A stretch of 64,000 nt of DNA from a virus. Positions 1-9,195 of this stretch are shown piece after piece. The stretch is taken from the IMG/VR virus record IMGVR_UViG_3300042888_000580, positions 1 to 64,000 of that record; one strand, given 5' to 3'. Made by a program: the position numbers and the translations under genes. The notes under the pieces were generated by a model. The model was not told the DNA's origin, did no database searches, and saw only the letters and a list, made by a program, of their open reading frames with translations. Positions within the stretch are counted from its first letter, which is position 1; each line of letters starts with the position of its first letter.

Positions 1-1913
1 AAGCAAAGAAAACAGCATCAAATGATACAGAAATGTCATTTAACATTTATGAACCATATGGTTTTTCATTCATAACAAAATTAAATAATGCAGCGGATAT
101 ATTAAAAAAGAAAAGTAAATTAAAAGACTATAAAGATTTATCTAACTCTACAAAACAATTTTTTGTGTTAGGAATTAGGTTTCAAGGGTATGATGAAAAT
201 GGTAAAGAGATATCAGCAGTATCTACTTATAACCAAGATACATTTGATGTGACAGGTGATTCGGGTGGCGTATTTGAAAGATTTTTTGATATAAGAATTA
301 CTGATTTTAAATTTAAACTTGACGGTAAGATGACAGTATATAATATTACTGCCGCAACAGTTGCACCAAAAGCAGGATTTGGTGTAAAGTATGGTAGGAT
401 AGATAGAGGTGCTAGAGTAGAAGGAAGTACAGTAGAAGATGTATTACGAGGAACTAAAGGTTTACTAACATCATTAAACGAACAACAAGTATTACAAACT
501 AAGAAGAATGGTGAAGGTAGTATAGCAAATGTATATAAGCTCAGATATTTAGGTACTGCTGAATCAGAAATAGGATCTGCATCTATTGTAAGTATTGCTG
601 ATTTGGATAAATCTAAGTTGCCAATGAGTGTGGCTGAAAATATTAAACAAGTAAATGACGCAGTATCAGTATCAGCCATACCTAATACTAATAGCAGAAC
701 TATTACATTTGCAAACGATGTGTCTATAATGCAAGCTATAGGATCAATTGTTTCTCAAAGTAGTTATTTAGAAAACGCATTGACTGAAGTAATAAAATCC
801 GATACTGAACCTCCGCAACCGGGACAAGGCACTGCTACAGTTAAAGATCCTAACCCAAGAACTATTAAATGGTATAACTTGGGTGCAGAAGTTAAATGTT
901 TGGGTTTTGATAAGATAGTGGGTGATTTTGCTTATGAAATTACCTACGTTATACAACCATATGAAACTCCAATGGTTACTAGTCCATATGCAGGTAAAAC
1001 ATCAAAATATTATGGTGCACATAAAAGATATGAATATTGGTTCACTGGTAAGAATTCAGAAATATTAAACTATGAACAAGCAATGAATAACTCATATTTT
1101 TTACCATCAATGAATCCAACTGGTTCTCCTGCTAGTCAAGGTGGCGGGGCAGATATTGCTACTGTACCGGGTAAACGACAAAATGAAGATAGAACGGGTA
1201 AATTAGATATAGGTAAGGAAGCACAGAATTCTTATCTAACAAGTTTATATGATCCTGGTGCATATGCTACTGCAAAGGTTACTATATTAGGAGACCCTGA
1301 TTATCTAATGCAAGATAGTCCTAGTTCAATTAATCAAGTATATCGTCAATTTTATGGCAAAGGTTTTACTATTAACCCAAATGGTGGACAAGTTTTTATT
1401 GAGATAGATTTTAAAGAAGCGGAAGATTATAATAATGATACTGGATTATTAACTGTTAACGATTCTATATTATTTTGGAAATATCCTAAAGAGATAGCAT
1501 CACAAGTTAAAGGTGTGAGTTATATGTTAGTTGAAGTAATAAGTAGTTTTTCAAAAGGTAAATTTACACAAGAATTAGATTGCGTAATAAATCAGTTTCC
1601 TGGTATTACTAATAAATCTGATAAAAATGCGGCAGGTAGACCATCTAATGTAGAAGAAAATGTGTTTGATACTAGGCAGAGTATACAAGAAAATGTGTTT
1701 AATCCGGCACAAGATGTACAAGAAAGCGTCTTTGATCCAACTGCCGGCGGTATATCAGGAGCCGGATCTAACAGCACAAACAAATCTCTTAATTCAGGTT
1801 CGGAAGCAAGAGATGATAATATAATAGATGCTAAGAAACAACCCCCGAATGATCCCGGCGGTGGTAGGGAAGATCCTAATACAGGAAATGTATTAGATAT
1901 GGGATTAGGATAA
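1..1913 (+). CDS. Baseplate hub / tail-associated structural protein (5'-truncated by the window edge)
   Basis: The frame is open upstream of the ATG at 33 (GCA AAG AAA ACA GCA TCA AAT GAT ACA GAA ATG). It lies directly upstream of the gp5-like gene. C-terminal 'TILGDPDYL...YMLVEVISSFSKGKFTQEL' resembles hub (gp27/gpD-like) proteins. Confidence 0.6.
   Translation, partial: AKKTASNDTEMSFNIYEPYGFSFITKLNNAADILKKKSKLKDYKDLSNSTKQFFVLGIRFQGYDENGKEISAVSTYNQDTFDVTGDSGGVFERFFDIRITDFKFKLDGKMTVYNITAATVAPKAGFGVKYGRIDRGARVEGSTVEDVLRGTKGLLTSLNEQQVLQTKKNGEGSIANVYKLRYLGTAESEIGSASIVSIADLDKSKLPMSVAENIKQVNDAVSVSAIPNTNSRTITFANDVSIMQAIGSIVSQSSYLENALTEVIKSDTEPPQPGQGTATVKDPNPRTIKWYNLGAEVKCLGFDKIVGDFAYEITYVIQPYETPMVTSPYAGKTSKYYGAHKRYEYWFTGKNSEILNYEQAMNNSYFLPSMNPTGSPASQGGGADIATVPGKRQNEDRTGKLDIGKEAQNSYLTSLYDPGAYATAKVTILGDPDYLMQDSPSSINQVYRQFYGKGFTINPNGGQVFIEIDFKEAEDYNNDTGLLTVNDSILFWKYPKEIASQVKGVSYMLVEVISSFSKGKFTQELDCVINQFPGITNKSDKNAAGRPSNVEENVFDTRQSIQENVFNPAQDVQESVFDPTAGGISGAGSNSTNKSLNSGSEARDDNIIDAKKQPPNDPGGGREDPNTGNVLDMGLG
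1650..1745 (+). repeat. Three tandem 11-aa (33-bp) imperfect repeats in the C-terminal tail
   Basis: VEENVFDTRQS / IQENVFNPAQD / VQESVFDPTAG; DNA core (c/g)aagaaa(a/g)(t/c)gt(g/c)ttt recurs. Confidence 0.8.
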
Positions 1914-1917
1914 GATT

Positions 1918-4900
1918 ATGGCATACGATGAAATAAAACCTCGAGGTAGTACTAAAGCAAGTCAACCAGATGCAGGTGGTGCAGTATTACGTAGCGTACC
2001 ACTATTTGGTATTGTTAAAGATAATATAGATCCTATTCGTTCTGGTAGACTACAAGTATACATTAGTGACTTGGGAGGACTAGATCCAGATGATAGTAAT
2101 TCTTGGGTAACTGTTAGTTATATGACTCCCTTCTATGGCGTAACTACACCATCAGGTGCAAATACAGGTTACGGAGAATACATTAAAAATCCTAACAGTT
2201 ATGGTATGTGGAATAGTCAACCTGATTTAGGTACAACTGTTATATGTATATTCATTAATGGTGATCCTAATTATGGATTTTGGATAGGATGTGTCCCGCA
2301 GCCAGAAGCATTACAAATGGTTCCTGCAATTGGTGGTACAGATAATATTGTAGCAAATGCAGGTGAAGCAAAAGGATTGGGCGGAGCTGTTAGATTACCA
2401 GTTACTAATCTTAATAGCAATAATGCAGGAATCGCAAACAGTAATAAATTTTTAACTGATGCTAAACCTGTACATAGTTATGTTGCTAGTATATTAGCAC
2501 AACAAGGTTTAATTAGAGATCCTATACGCGGTGTTATTGGTTCAAGCGCACAACGTGAAACACCATCACGTGTTGGTTGGGGTGTAAGTACTCCTGGTAG
2601 ACCTATATATGAAGGTGGCTTTACTGATGAAACAATTGCTAAGGCTGCAACAAGTGGTAAATCAACTGGACTAAAAGTTGTTGCTCGTAGGGGAGGACAT
2701 ACTTTAGTAATGGATGACGGAGATATATTAGGTCGTGACCAATTAGTAAGACTACGTAGTAGTTTAGGACATCAAATATTAATGAGTGATGACGGGCAAA
2801 CATTATTCATCATCCACGCTAATGGACAAAGTTATATTGAATTAGGTAAAGAAGGTACAATTGATATGTACTCTACTAATTCATTTAATGTAAGAACACA
2901 AGGTGATTTAAATCTACATGCTGATAATAATATTAATATCAATGCTGGTAAGGCACTAAACATAAGTGCTGATACTATTGCAATTAATAGTGAAAAACAA
3001 ACCACACACAAAGTTGGAACAGATTTTAGTTTATATGCTTCTGGTACATATACAACTAAAGTAGATGGTAAGATGAGTTTTGCTAGTGCGGCAGACTCAT
3101 CATTTTATAGTGATGCTATAACATATTTTAACGGTAGTAAGATTAATTTAAATACAGGAGCATCAAGTTTAGTTCCTCAAGAAGTTAAACCATTACCAGT
3201 AGTAGCACATACTGATACATTAAATGATGCCACTAAGGGTTGGTTAGCGGCACCTGGCAAATTATTAAGTATTGTAAGTAGAGCACCTGCTCATGCACCA
3301 TGGGCTAGTGCAAATCAAGGTGTGGATGTTAAAGTTAATAACAATGCGAGTGCGGCATTACCGGCTGCACCAAGTTCAGCAGTAGCGGCAGCAAATGCCA
3401 GCACCGGATCATCTCCGGTCACATCACCGGTCACTGCATCTGTCGCATCCACAGTACCCCCATCGGCAGCAATTAGTGCGGCATTAGATAAAAACACAAC
3501 AGGCACTATAGTTGGTCAAATATCAACATTAGCCGCAGTAGGTTCGGCTGCGGATGCAGTTAAATTGGGTGCAGGTGTAGTACAAACTGCAACAGGCCCC
3601 GTAGCGGCCATTGGCGCTATGGCACAAAGTCCTGCACAATTAGAAGCATGTGGAGTTATCAAACCGGGTGCGGCCGCATTAATTAACAATTTAGTAGAAA
3701 GTGGTAAAACAATACAACAAGCATGTACACCAAATCTGTTTACAGGTAAAGACGGAGCTTCAAACTTAACTAGCTATGTAAATAATCCGGTAGCACAAGT
3801 TGCCGGTGCTGTACAAACATTAACTCAAGCACAAACAGCATTAACACAAACTGGATTGATTACTGGAAAAGAATCAGGTACAGCTATAGCAGGATTGGTA
3901 ATGTCAGCCGCTACAGCCGGCATACAAAATACTGTAAATTTAGTTAGCAATGCGGCTGGCGCAGTAGCAGGAGCAGTTAATGGAGCAATATCAAATGTAG
4001 TAGGTGCGGCGACTGGAGCATTGAATACTGTATTAGGGTCAGCCACAAGTTTAGTTTCTGCAGGTAATTTTGCAGGTAACTTGGCATCTACTGTTACTGG
4101 TGGTCTAAGTAGTATTGCAACTTCACTAACTGGTATGGCAAAGGGCGCGGTTGCTGGTATATCAGGATTATTAGATAGTGCTAAGGGTGTTGCCGGTAGT
4201 GCATTTTCGGCAATTAGCGGTGCGTTACCAACACTAGCTGTTGGTGTCCCGCAAAATATTAAAGAGATAACAGAAAAAGCACAAGCGGCCGCCCAAGCTC
4301 CGGCAGCGAATTCATTGACCGGAGCATTAAACTCAGTAACAGGTGGAATAACCGGAGCAATAGGTGCAGTAACAGGTGGAATAACTAGTGCAATTAGTGG
4401 AGTAGTAGGGTCAGTTACCAGTGGAATAACCGGAGCAATAGGTGCAGTAACAGGAGTAGCATCTGGATTATTAAAAACAGCGACGGGTATAACAGCAAAT
4501 TTATCTACTGGTTTGGGATCATTGCCAGGTGGAGGTGCAGTAGCGGCAATAGTTGATAATGCAGTTGGTGCAATTAATAGTGTGCCGGGAGTTAGCGCAG
4601 TAACAGGATTAATTGGTCAAGCAACATCAATTACAAATGGTATATCTAGCTTAACATCAATTAACCCACTAGCCTCTTCAGGTGCATTAAATGCAGTTAC
4701 AGGTGCAGCCGGAGCATTAACAAAAGGGTTGGATGACTTAAAGAGTGGAAAATTATCATTGGCATCATTGGCATCTGCTGGATTACCGGCTGGTGCAGCC
4801 GCACAATTAAATGCCGCAATGAGTTCAATGAGTTCAGGAGGTGCAGTACAAATTAAATTACCAACAGTAGCTATTAATACCACCGATAGAGGAGAATTAA

Positions 4901-5259
4901 CTCAATCAATAACATCGTTGTTGGGTAGTGCAAAGATACCAATGCCAAATTTTGAAGGAAATCCGGCTACATTGGGAACAACTCAATCTGAAAGTAGTAT
5001 TGCAGAATATAATAAAACAACAGAAGAAATTAACACACTAAGTGATAAACGATTTGACTTACAAAAAGAACTAAATGATGCTAGATATGCTAGTAATAAA
5101 GCTAAAACTGAATTACCTGCAGGCGATCCAAGCATTGCAAGTGCAGAAGCGGCCCTCAATACTGCTAGAGAAAATATAACTAATTTAGATAAACAAATTG
5201 AAGATTTAAGAAAAAAAATAAATGCGTCAGCTACCGCTAGTGGCTCCATGACAGCATAA
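1918..5259 (+). CDS. gp5/VgrG-like baseplate central spike protein with a long Ala/Gly-rich C-terminal extension
   Basis: N-terminal OB-fold motif 'GIVKDNIDPIRSGRLQVYI...PDLGTTVICIFINGDPNYGFWIG', then 'GHTLVMDD...GHQILMSDD' and beta-helix-like repeats ending 'GSKINLN'. It sits immediately before the gp25-like and gp6-like genes. Confidence 0.8.
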   Translation: MAYDEIKPRGSTKASQPDAGGAVLRSVPLFGIVKDNIDPIRSGRLQVYISDLGGLDPDDSNSWVTVSYMTPFYGVTTPSGANTGYGEYIKNPNSYGMWNSQPDLGTTVICIFINGDPNYGFWIGCVPQPEALQMVPAIGGTDNIVANAGEAKGLGGAVRLPVTNLNSNNAGIANSNKFLTDAKPVHSYVASILAQQGLIRDPIRGVIGSSAQRETPSRVGWGVSTPGRPIYEGGFTDETIAKAATSGKSTGLKVVARRGGHTLVMDDGDILGRDQLVRLRSSLGHQILMSDDGQTLFIIHANGQSYIELGKEGTIDMYSTNSFNVRTQGDLNLHADNNININAGKALNISADTIAINSEKQTTHKVGTDFSLYASGTYTTKVDGKMSFASAADSSFYSDAITYFNGSKINLNTGASSLVPQEVKPLPVVAHTDTLNDATKGWLAAPGKLLSIVSRAPAHAPWASANQGVDVKVNNNASAALPAAPSSAVAAANASTGSSPVTSPVTASVASTVPPSAAISAALDKNTTGTIVGQISTLAAVGSAADAVKLGAGVVQTATGPVAAIGAMAQSPAQLEACGVIKPGAAALINNLVESGKTIQQACTPNLFTGKDGASNLTSYVNNPVAQVAGAVQTLTQAQTALTQTGLITGKESGTAIAGLVMSAATAGIQNTVNLVSNAAGAVAGAVNGAISNVVGAATGALNTVLGSATSLVSAGNFAGNLASTVTGGLSSIATSLTGMAKGAVAGISGLLDSAKGVAGSAFSAISGALPTLAVGVPQNIKEITEKAQAAAQAPAANSLTGALNSVTGGITGAIGAVTGGITSAISGVVGSVTSGITGAIGAVTGVASGLLKTATGITANLSTGLGSLPGGGAVAAIVDNAVGAINSVPGVSAVTGLIGQATSITNGISSLTSINPLASSGALNAVTGAAGALTKGLDDLKSGKLSLASLASAGLPAGAAAQLNAAMSSMSSGGAVQIKLPTVAINTTDRGELTQSITSLLGSAKIPMPNFEGNPATLGTTQSESSIAEYNKTTEEINTLSDKRFDLQKELNDARYASNKAKTELPAGDPSIASAEAALNTARENITNLDKQIEDLRKKINASATASGSMTA

Positions 5260-5267
5260 CATAAATA
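5260..5267 (+). promoter_or_regulatory. Putative late promoter (CATAAATA)
   Basis: Resembles the T4 late -10 box TATAAATA; intergenic, upstream of the gp25-like gene; the motif recurs before structural genes. Confidence 0.65.
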
Positions 5268-5284
5268 TACTATAGGATAACAAT

Positions 5285-5734
5285 ATGCCAACATACATTG
5301 GTTTCAGTACAATTAACGCTAACAAGCCCCGATCTACTAATTTACCAGCGGGTATTGCGGGTGGTGTGGGTTCTATGGTACAACCAGTTATACCCGGCAA
5401 AAAGTTTAGGTTAGTTGACCAACAATTAGTTATACAAGATTTCATTAATGCATTGAATATTCAACAAGGTCAAAAGGTAGGCAATCCAGGATACGGGACT
5501 ACACTTTGGAGTTTTGTTTTTGAGCCAAATACATTTGATGTACAGAACAAATTAGAAACTGAAATCAGACGAGTGGCCAATCAAGACCCAAGAATGATAG
5601 TTAATACTGTTAGCGCATATCCTCAAGAAAACGGTATATTACTTGAAGTAGAACTAGCCGTTGCACCTTTTAATAATGCAGAAATTCTTAGTGTTTTCTT
5701 CAATAATAGTACAAATACAGCAGTAATTCAATAA
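5285..5734 (+). CDS. Baseplate wedge subunit, gp25/GPW-like
   Basis: 'LVIQDFINALNIQQGQKVGNPGYGTTLWSFVFEP...IRRVANQDPR' matches the gp25 family pattern (GER..P.YG..l...lFEP..EPR). Confidence 0.88.
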   Translation: MPTYIGFSTINANKPRSTNLPAGIAGGVGSMVQPVIPGKKFRLVDQQLVIQDFINALNIQQGQKVGNPGYGTTLWSFVFEPNTFDVQNKLETEIRRVANQDPRMIVNTVSAYPQENGILLEVELAVAPFNNAEILSVFFNNSTNTAVIQ

Positions 5735-5761
5735 TCTTCCAAAAATGGTGTTTTCATTTAA

Positions 5762-5769
5762 GATAAATA
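5762..5769 (+). promoter_or_regulatory. Putative late promoter (GATAAATA)
   Basis: Intergenic, 20 nt upstream of the gp6-like start. Confidence 0.65.
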
Positions 5770-5788
5770 CTTAAAAGAGAACACCACT

Positions 5789-8700
5789 ATGGCAACCAGC
5801 TCACGACAATCAGCATTATTCGGCGTTAACGATTGGAAGGCAATCTATCAAACCTTCCGTGAAGCCGATTTCCGTTCATATGACTATGAAACATTACGTA
5901 AAAGTTTTATAGATTATATACGTGTTTACTATCCAGAAACTTTTAATGATTACATTGAATCAAGTGAATTCATAGCATTAATGGACGTTATGGCTTTTAT
6001 GGGTCAAGGTCTTGCATTCCGTAGTGATCTTAATGCCCGTGAAAACTTTATTGATACGGCTGAACGCAGAGATAGTGTTGTTAAATTAGCAAATTTAATC
6101 AGCTATACTCCTAAACGTAACCTAGCTGGCCAGGGTTATATTAAAGTAACAAGCATTCAAACTACTGAAAACATTACGGATCTAAATGGATTTAATTTAA
6201 GCAATCAAGCTATATTGTGGAATGACCCTGCTAATGTTAATTGGTTAGAACAATATAATACAATTATCAACGCAACATTGATTAACACACAGCGAGTTGG
6301 ACGCCCGGGTAATACAGCACAATTATCAGGTATTAAAACGGATGAGTATACAATTAATATTCCACAAAACACATTACCAATAGTGCCATTCACTTCGGTT
6401 GTAGATAACCAAGCAATGAATTTTGAATTAGTTAGTTCCACTACGTTGGATGAAGATTATGTTTACGAAATTCCTCCTGCACCAAGTGGCAGAATGAATA
6501 TGGCTTATCGCAATGACAAATTAGGTTACGGTAGTCCAAATACAGGTTTCTTCTTTTATTTCAAACAAGGAACATTGCAAAATTTTGATTTTAATTTAGA
6601 ACAACAAATTTCAAATCAAGTTGTTGATATTGATATTCAAGGTGTTAACAATACCGATACTTGGTTATATCAGTTAAGTACTGATAACAGTTCCGCAGTT
6701 AATAGAACGTTATGGAATCAAGTAGAGAATGTTTATGCCGATGCTTATTTACAAACTGAAAATAGTGTTCGCAGAATATTTTCTGTAGGTTCTAGATTTA
6801 ACGACCAAGTTAGTTACGTTTTTGGTGATGGAGTATTTTCCGAGATTCCAGTTGGAACATTTAGAGCATATGTACGTGCAGGTAATGCATTGACATATAC
6901 TATTGATCCAAATGAGATGCAAAATCTATCGGTCACACTAAGTTATATTAGCAGGTTAGGACGAACAGAAACACTTACATTAGGATTAGAATTACAGACA
7001 CCAGTGTCAAACGCACAGGCAAGAGAAACATTATCAAACATTAAACAACGTGCCCCTTCCCGCTATTATACACAGAACAGAATGGTTAATGGGGAAGATT
7101 ATAACAATTTCCCATACACATTATACAGTTCTATTGTTAAAAGCAAAGCTATTAACCGTAGTTCTGTTGGTGTATCAAAAAACTTAGACCTATTAGATCC
7201 AACCGGAAAATACTCCAGCACAAATTCATTCTCAAGTGACGGTGGTATGTACCAAGATGATACTGATGGTAATATATTATTAACCATTACTACATCCGGC
7301 GATATCATCACATTCCTAACAGATACATTAGGTGCACTCTTAGCAGATAATCGTGCTAGACAATATTATATACAAGATTATACGAGATACAATGTTAATG
7401 CGGCTTCCGGTGACGGTACAGTATATTGGCAAGAACAAACAGTTAATGCTAGTAGTTTAACTGGTTATTTCTTTACCATTAATGGTAGCAATAATACTCC
7501 TATACCTGTAGGAACATATTCTACCTATAATATGAAATACACTACTAAAGGTGCAATGATGAAATTTACTGCTCCAGCTGGATATTATTTTAGCGACACA
7601 AATCGTTTAATAGCCGGCATAGCTAGCCCATCAGATAAAACTTATATATGGACTACTGTATTAAATGTAGTGGGTGACGGATATAATAATGGTGAAGGTG
7701 CATTTAGTAACGGATTAGGTCCAATAACATTAAATGGTTATGTGCCTCAAGGTGCAATTGTTTCTACTATATTACCTGCATTTGATAACTCATTACCTAA
7801 TATAGTAATACAAGAATGTATTGTTAGAATGGAATTAAATCAAAGCTTTAGTTTAATATTTGATAACAGTTTAACTATAGCACAAGATCGATGGAGTATT
7901 GGTACATATGATGCTAGTAATTATTTTGTAAATATATTAAGTTTAGGAAGTAATCGTTATAGTATATCATATCGCTCATTGGCATACTATTTTGGTAGTG
8001 TCGCTGATACACGTTTCACATTTGAAAATGGTAAATTAGTATATGATCCTTTTAGTGGAAAAATATTACAAGACTTTGTTAAAGTATTAGCAACCAATAC
8101 ACAACCTAGTAGTAATTATCCATTAGCGACACCTATTACTACCAGTATTATTGGTCAAACAGTTGAAAGTGACGGCTATGTAAATGATTTTGAAGTTGAA
8201 GTAGCAAGTATAGATGTTAATGATAGAACCATTGTAAGTAACCCAGACTTTTTCACAGAGGTAACAGGTTATGTTAATGGTAATACTAATATAGGAATTT
8301 ATACATTCTTTGTATTATTACAAGATGCGGTAAATCTTTCACGTTACCAATTAATACCATCAACCGATGTAGTGTATATCTATTCAACCAAAACACAAAT
8401 TGAAATAGTTAAGTATGAGTACCCAGAAGGTCAATTATTCTATGCATTTACTGATAATTTATTTTACACAACAATTCAAGATCAAACAGTTAACACACCA
8501 TTTTATATTGTAACTGAACAACCACAATATATTATGAAACCAGGACGTCAAGGACTACAATTTCAATATCGTCATAATAGTAATAATACAACACGTATTG
8601 ATCCCGCTACTACAAACATTATTGATTTGTATGTAGTTACACAGGCTTACTATACTGCTTATCAAAACTGGTTACAAGACATTACCGATACAGTGCCAAT

Positions 8701-9169
8701 ACCAGACAAACCAACAATTAATGAATTGACACAGGCATATGGATCATTAAATGATTACAAGATGTTAAGTGATAGTATTATATTGAATAGCGTAGTATTT
8801 TTACCATTATTTGGACCTAAAGCGCCAACTCAATTAAGAGCAACTGTTAAAGTAATTAGAGCAGGTAACACAAATGCAAGTGATAGTGAAATACGTAGTG
8901 CAGTTCTGTCTGCCATGAATACATATTTTAATATTAACAATTGGAATTTTGGAGATACTTTTTACTTCAGTGAATTAAGTGCATATTTACACGCTCAAGT
9001 AGGAGATTTAATTAGCTCCGCTGTATTAGTTCCAAATGATCCCACAATGAGTTTTGGAGATTTATATGAGATTAAATCAGCTCCGTATGAAATATTTGCC
9101 AATGGAGCAACAGCAAATGATGTTCTTGTGATTGCGGCACTTACACCAGCACAGTTACAGATAAGATAA
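5789..9169 (+). CDS. Baseplate wedge subunit, gp6-like
   Basis: 'DYETLRKSFIDY...DYIESSEFIALMDVMAF...ENFIDTAERRDSVVKLANLISYTP', 'FGDGVFSEIP' and 'ETLSNIKQRAPSRYYTQNRMVNGEDY' are gp6/baseplate-J hallmarks. Confidence 0.9.
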   Translation: MATSSRQSALFGVNDWKAIYQTFREADFRSYDYETLRKSFIDYIRVYYPETFNDYIESSEFIALMDVMAFMGQGLAFRSDLNARENFIDTAERRDSVVKLANLISYTPKRNLAGQGYIKVTSIQTTENITDLNGFNLSNQAILWNDPANVNWLEQYNTIINATLINTQRVGRPGNTAQLSGIKTDEYTINIPQNTLPIVPFTSVVDNQAMNFELVSSTTLDEDYVYEIPPAPSGRMNMAYRNDKLGYGSPNTGFFFYFKQGTLQNFDFNLEQQISNQVVDIDIQGVNNTDTWLYQLSTDNSSAVNRTLWNQVENVYADAYLQTENSVRRIFSVGSRFNDQVSYVFGDGVFSEIPVGTFRAYVRAGNALTYTIDPNEMQNLSVTLSYISRLGRTETLTLGLELQTPVSNAQARETLSNIKQRAPSRYYTQNRMVNGEDYNNFPYTLYSSIVKSKAINRSSVGVSKNLDLLDPTGKYSSTNSFSSDGGMYQDDTDGNILLTITTSGDIITFLTDTLGALLADNRARQYYIQDYTRYNVNAASGDGTVYWQEQTVNASSLTGYFFTINGSNNTPIPVGTYSTYNMKYTTKGAMMKFTAPAGYYFSDTNRLIAGIASPSDKTYIWTTVLNVVGDGYNNGEGAFSNGLGPITLNGYVPQGAIVSTILPAFDNSLPNIVIQECIVRMELNQSFSLIFDNSLTIAQDRWSIGTYDASNYFVNILSLGSNRYSISYRSLAYYFGSVADTRFTFENGKLVYDPFSGKILQDFVKVLATNTQPSSNYPLATPITTSIIGQTVESDGYVNDFEVEVASIDVNDRTIVSNPDFFTEVTGYVNGNTNIGIYTFFVLLQDAVNLSRYQLIPSTDVVYIYSTKTQIEIVKYEYPEGQLFYAFTDNLFYTTIQDQTVNTPFYIVTEQPQYIMKPGRQGLQFQYRHNSNNTTRIDPATTNIIDLYVVTQAYYTAYQNWLQDITDTVPIPDKPTINELTQAYGSLNDYKMLSDSIILNSVVFLPLFGPKAPTQLRATVKVIRAGNTNASDSEIRSAVLSAMNTYFNINNWNFGDTFYFSELSAYLHAQVGDLISSAVLVPNDPTMSFGDLYEIKSAPYEIFANGATANDVLVIAALTPAQLQIR

Positions 9170-9172
9170 GTA
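9165..9172 (+). promoter_or_regulatory. Putative late promoter variant (GATAAGTA)
   Basis: One mismatch to GATAAATA, upstream of the giant gene; the same TAAGTA variant occurs at 40263. Confidence 0.4.
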
Positions 9173-9195
9173 ATATATAACCATAGAGAGAAATA

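Noticed and set aside
1918-9169. Bacterial T6SS or extracellular contractile injection system
   Set aside because: The context (T4-like late promoters, thyA, early promoter cassettes, giant baseplate gene) indicates a lytic jumbo phage; there are no T6SS membrane-complex genes.
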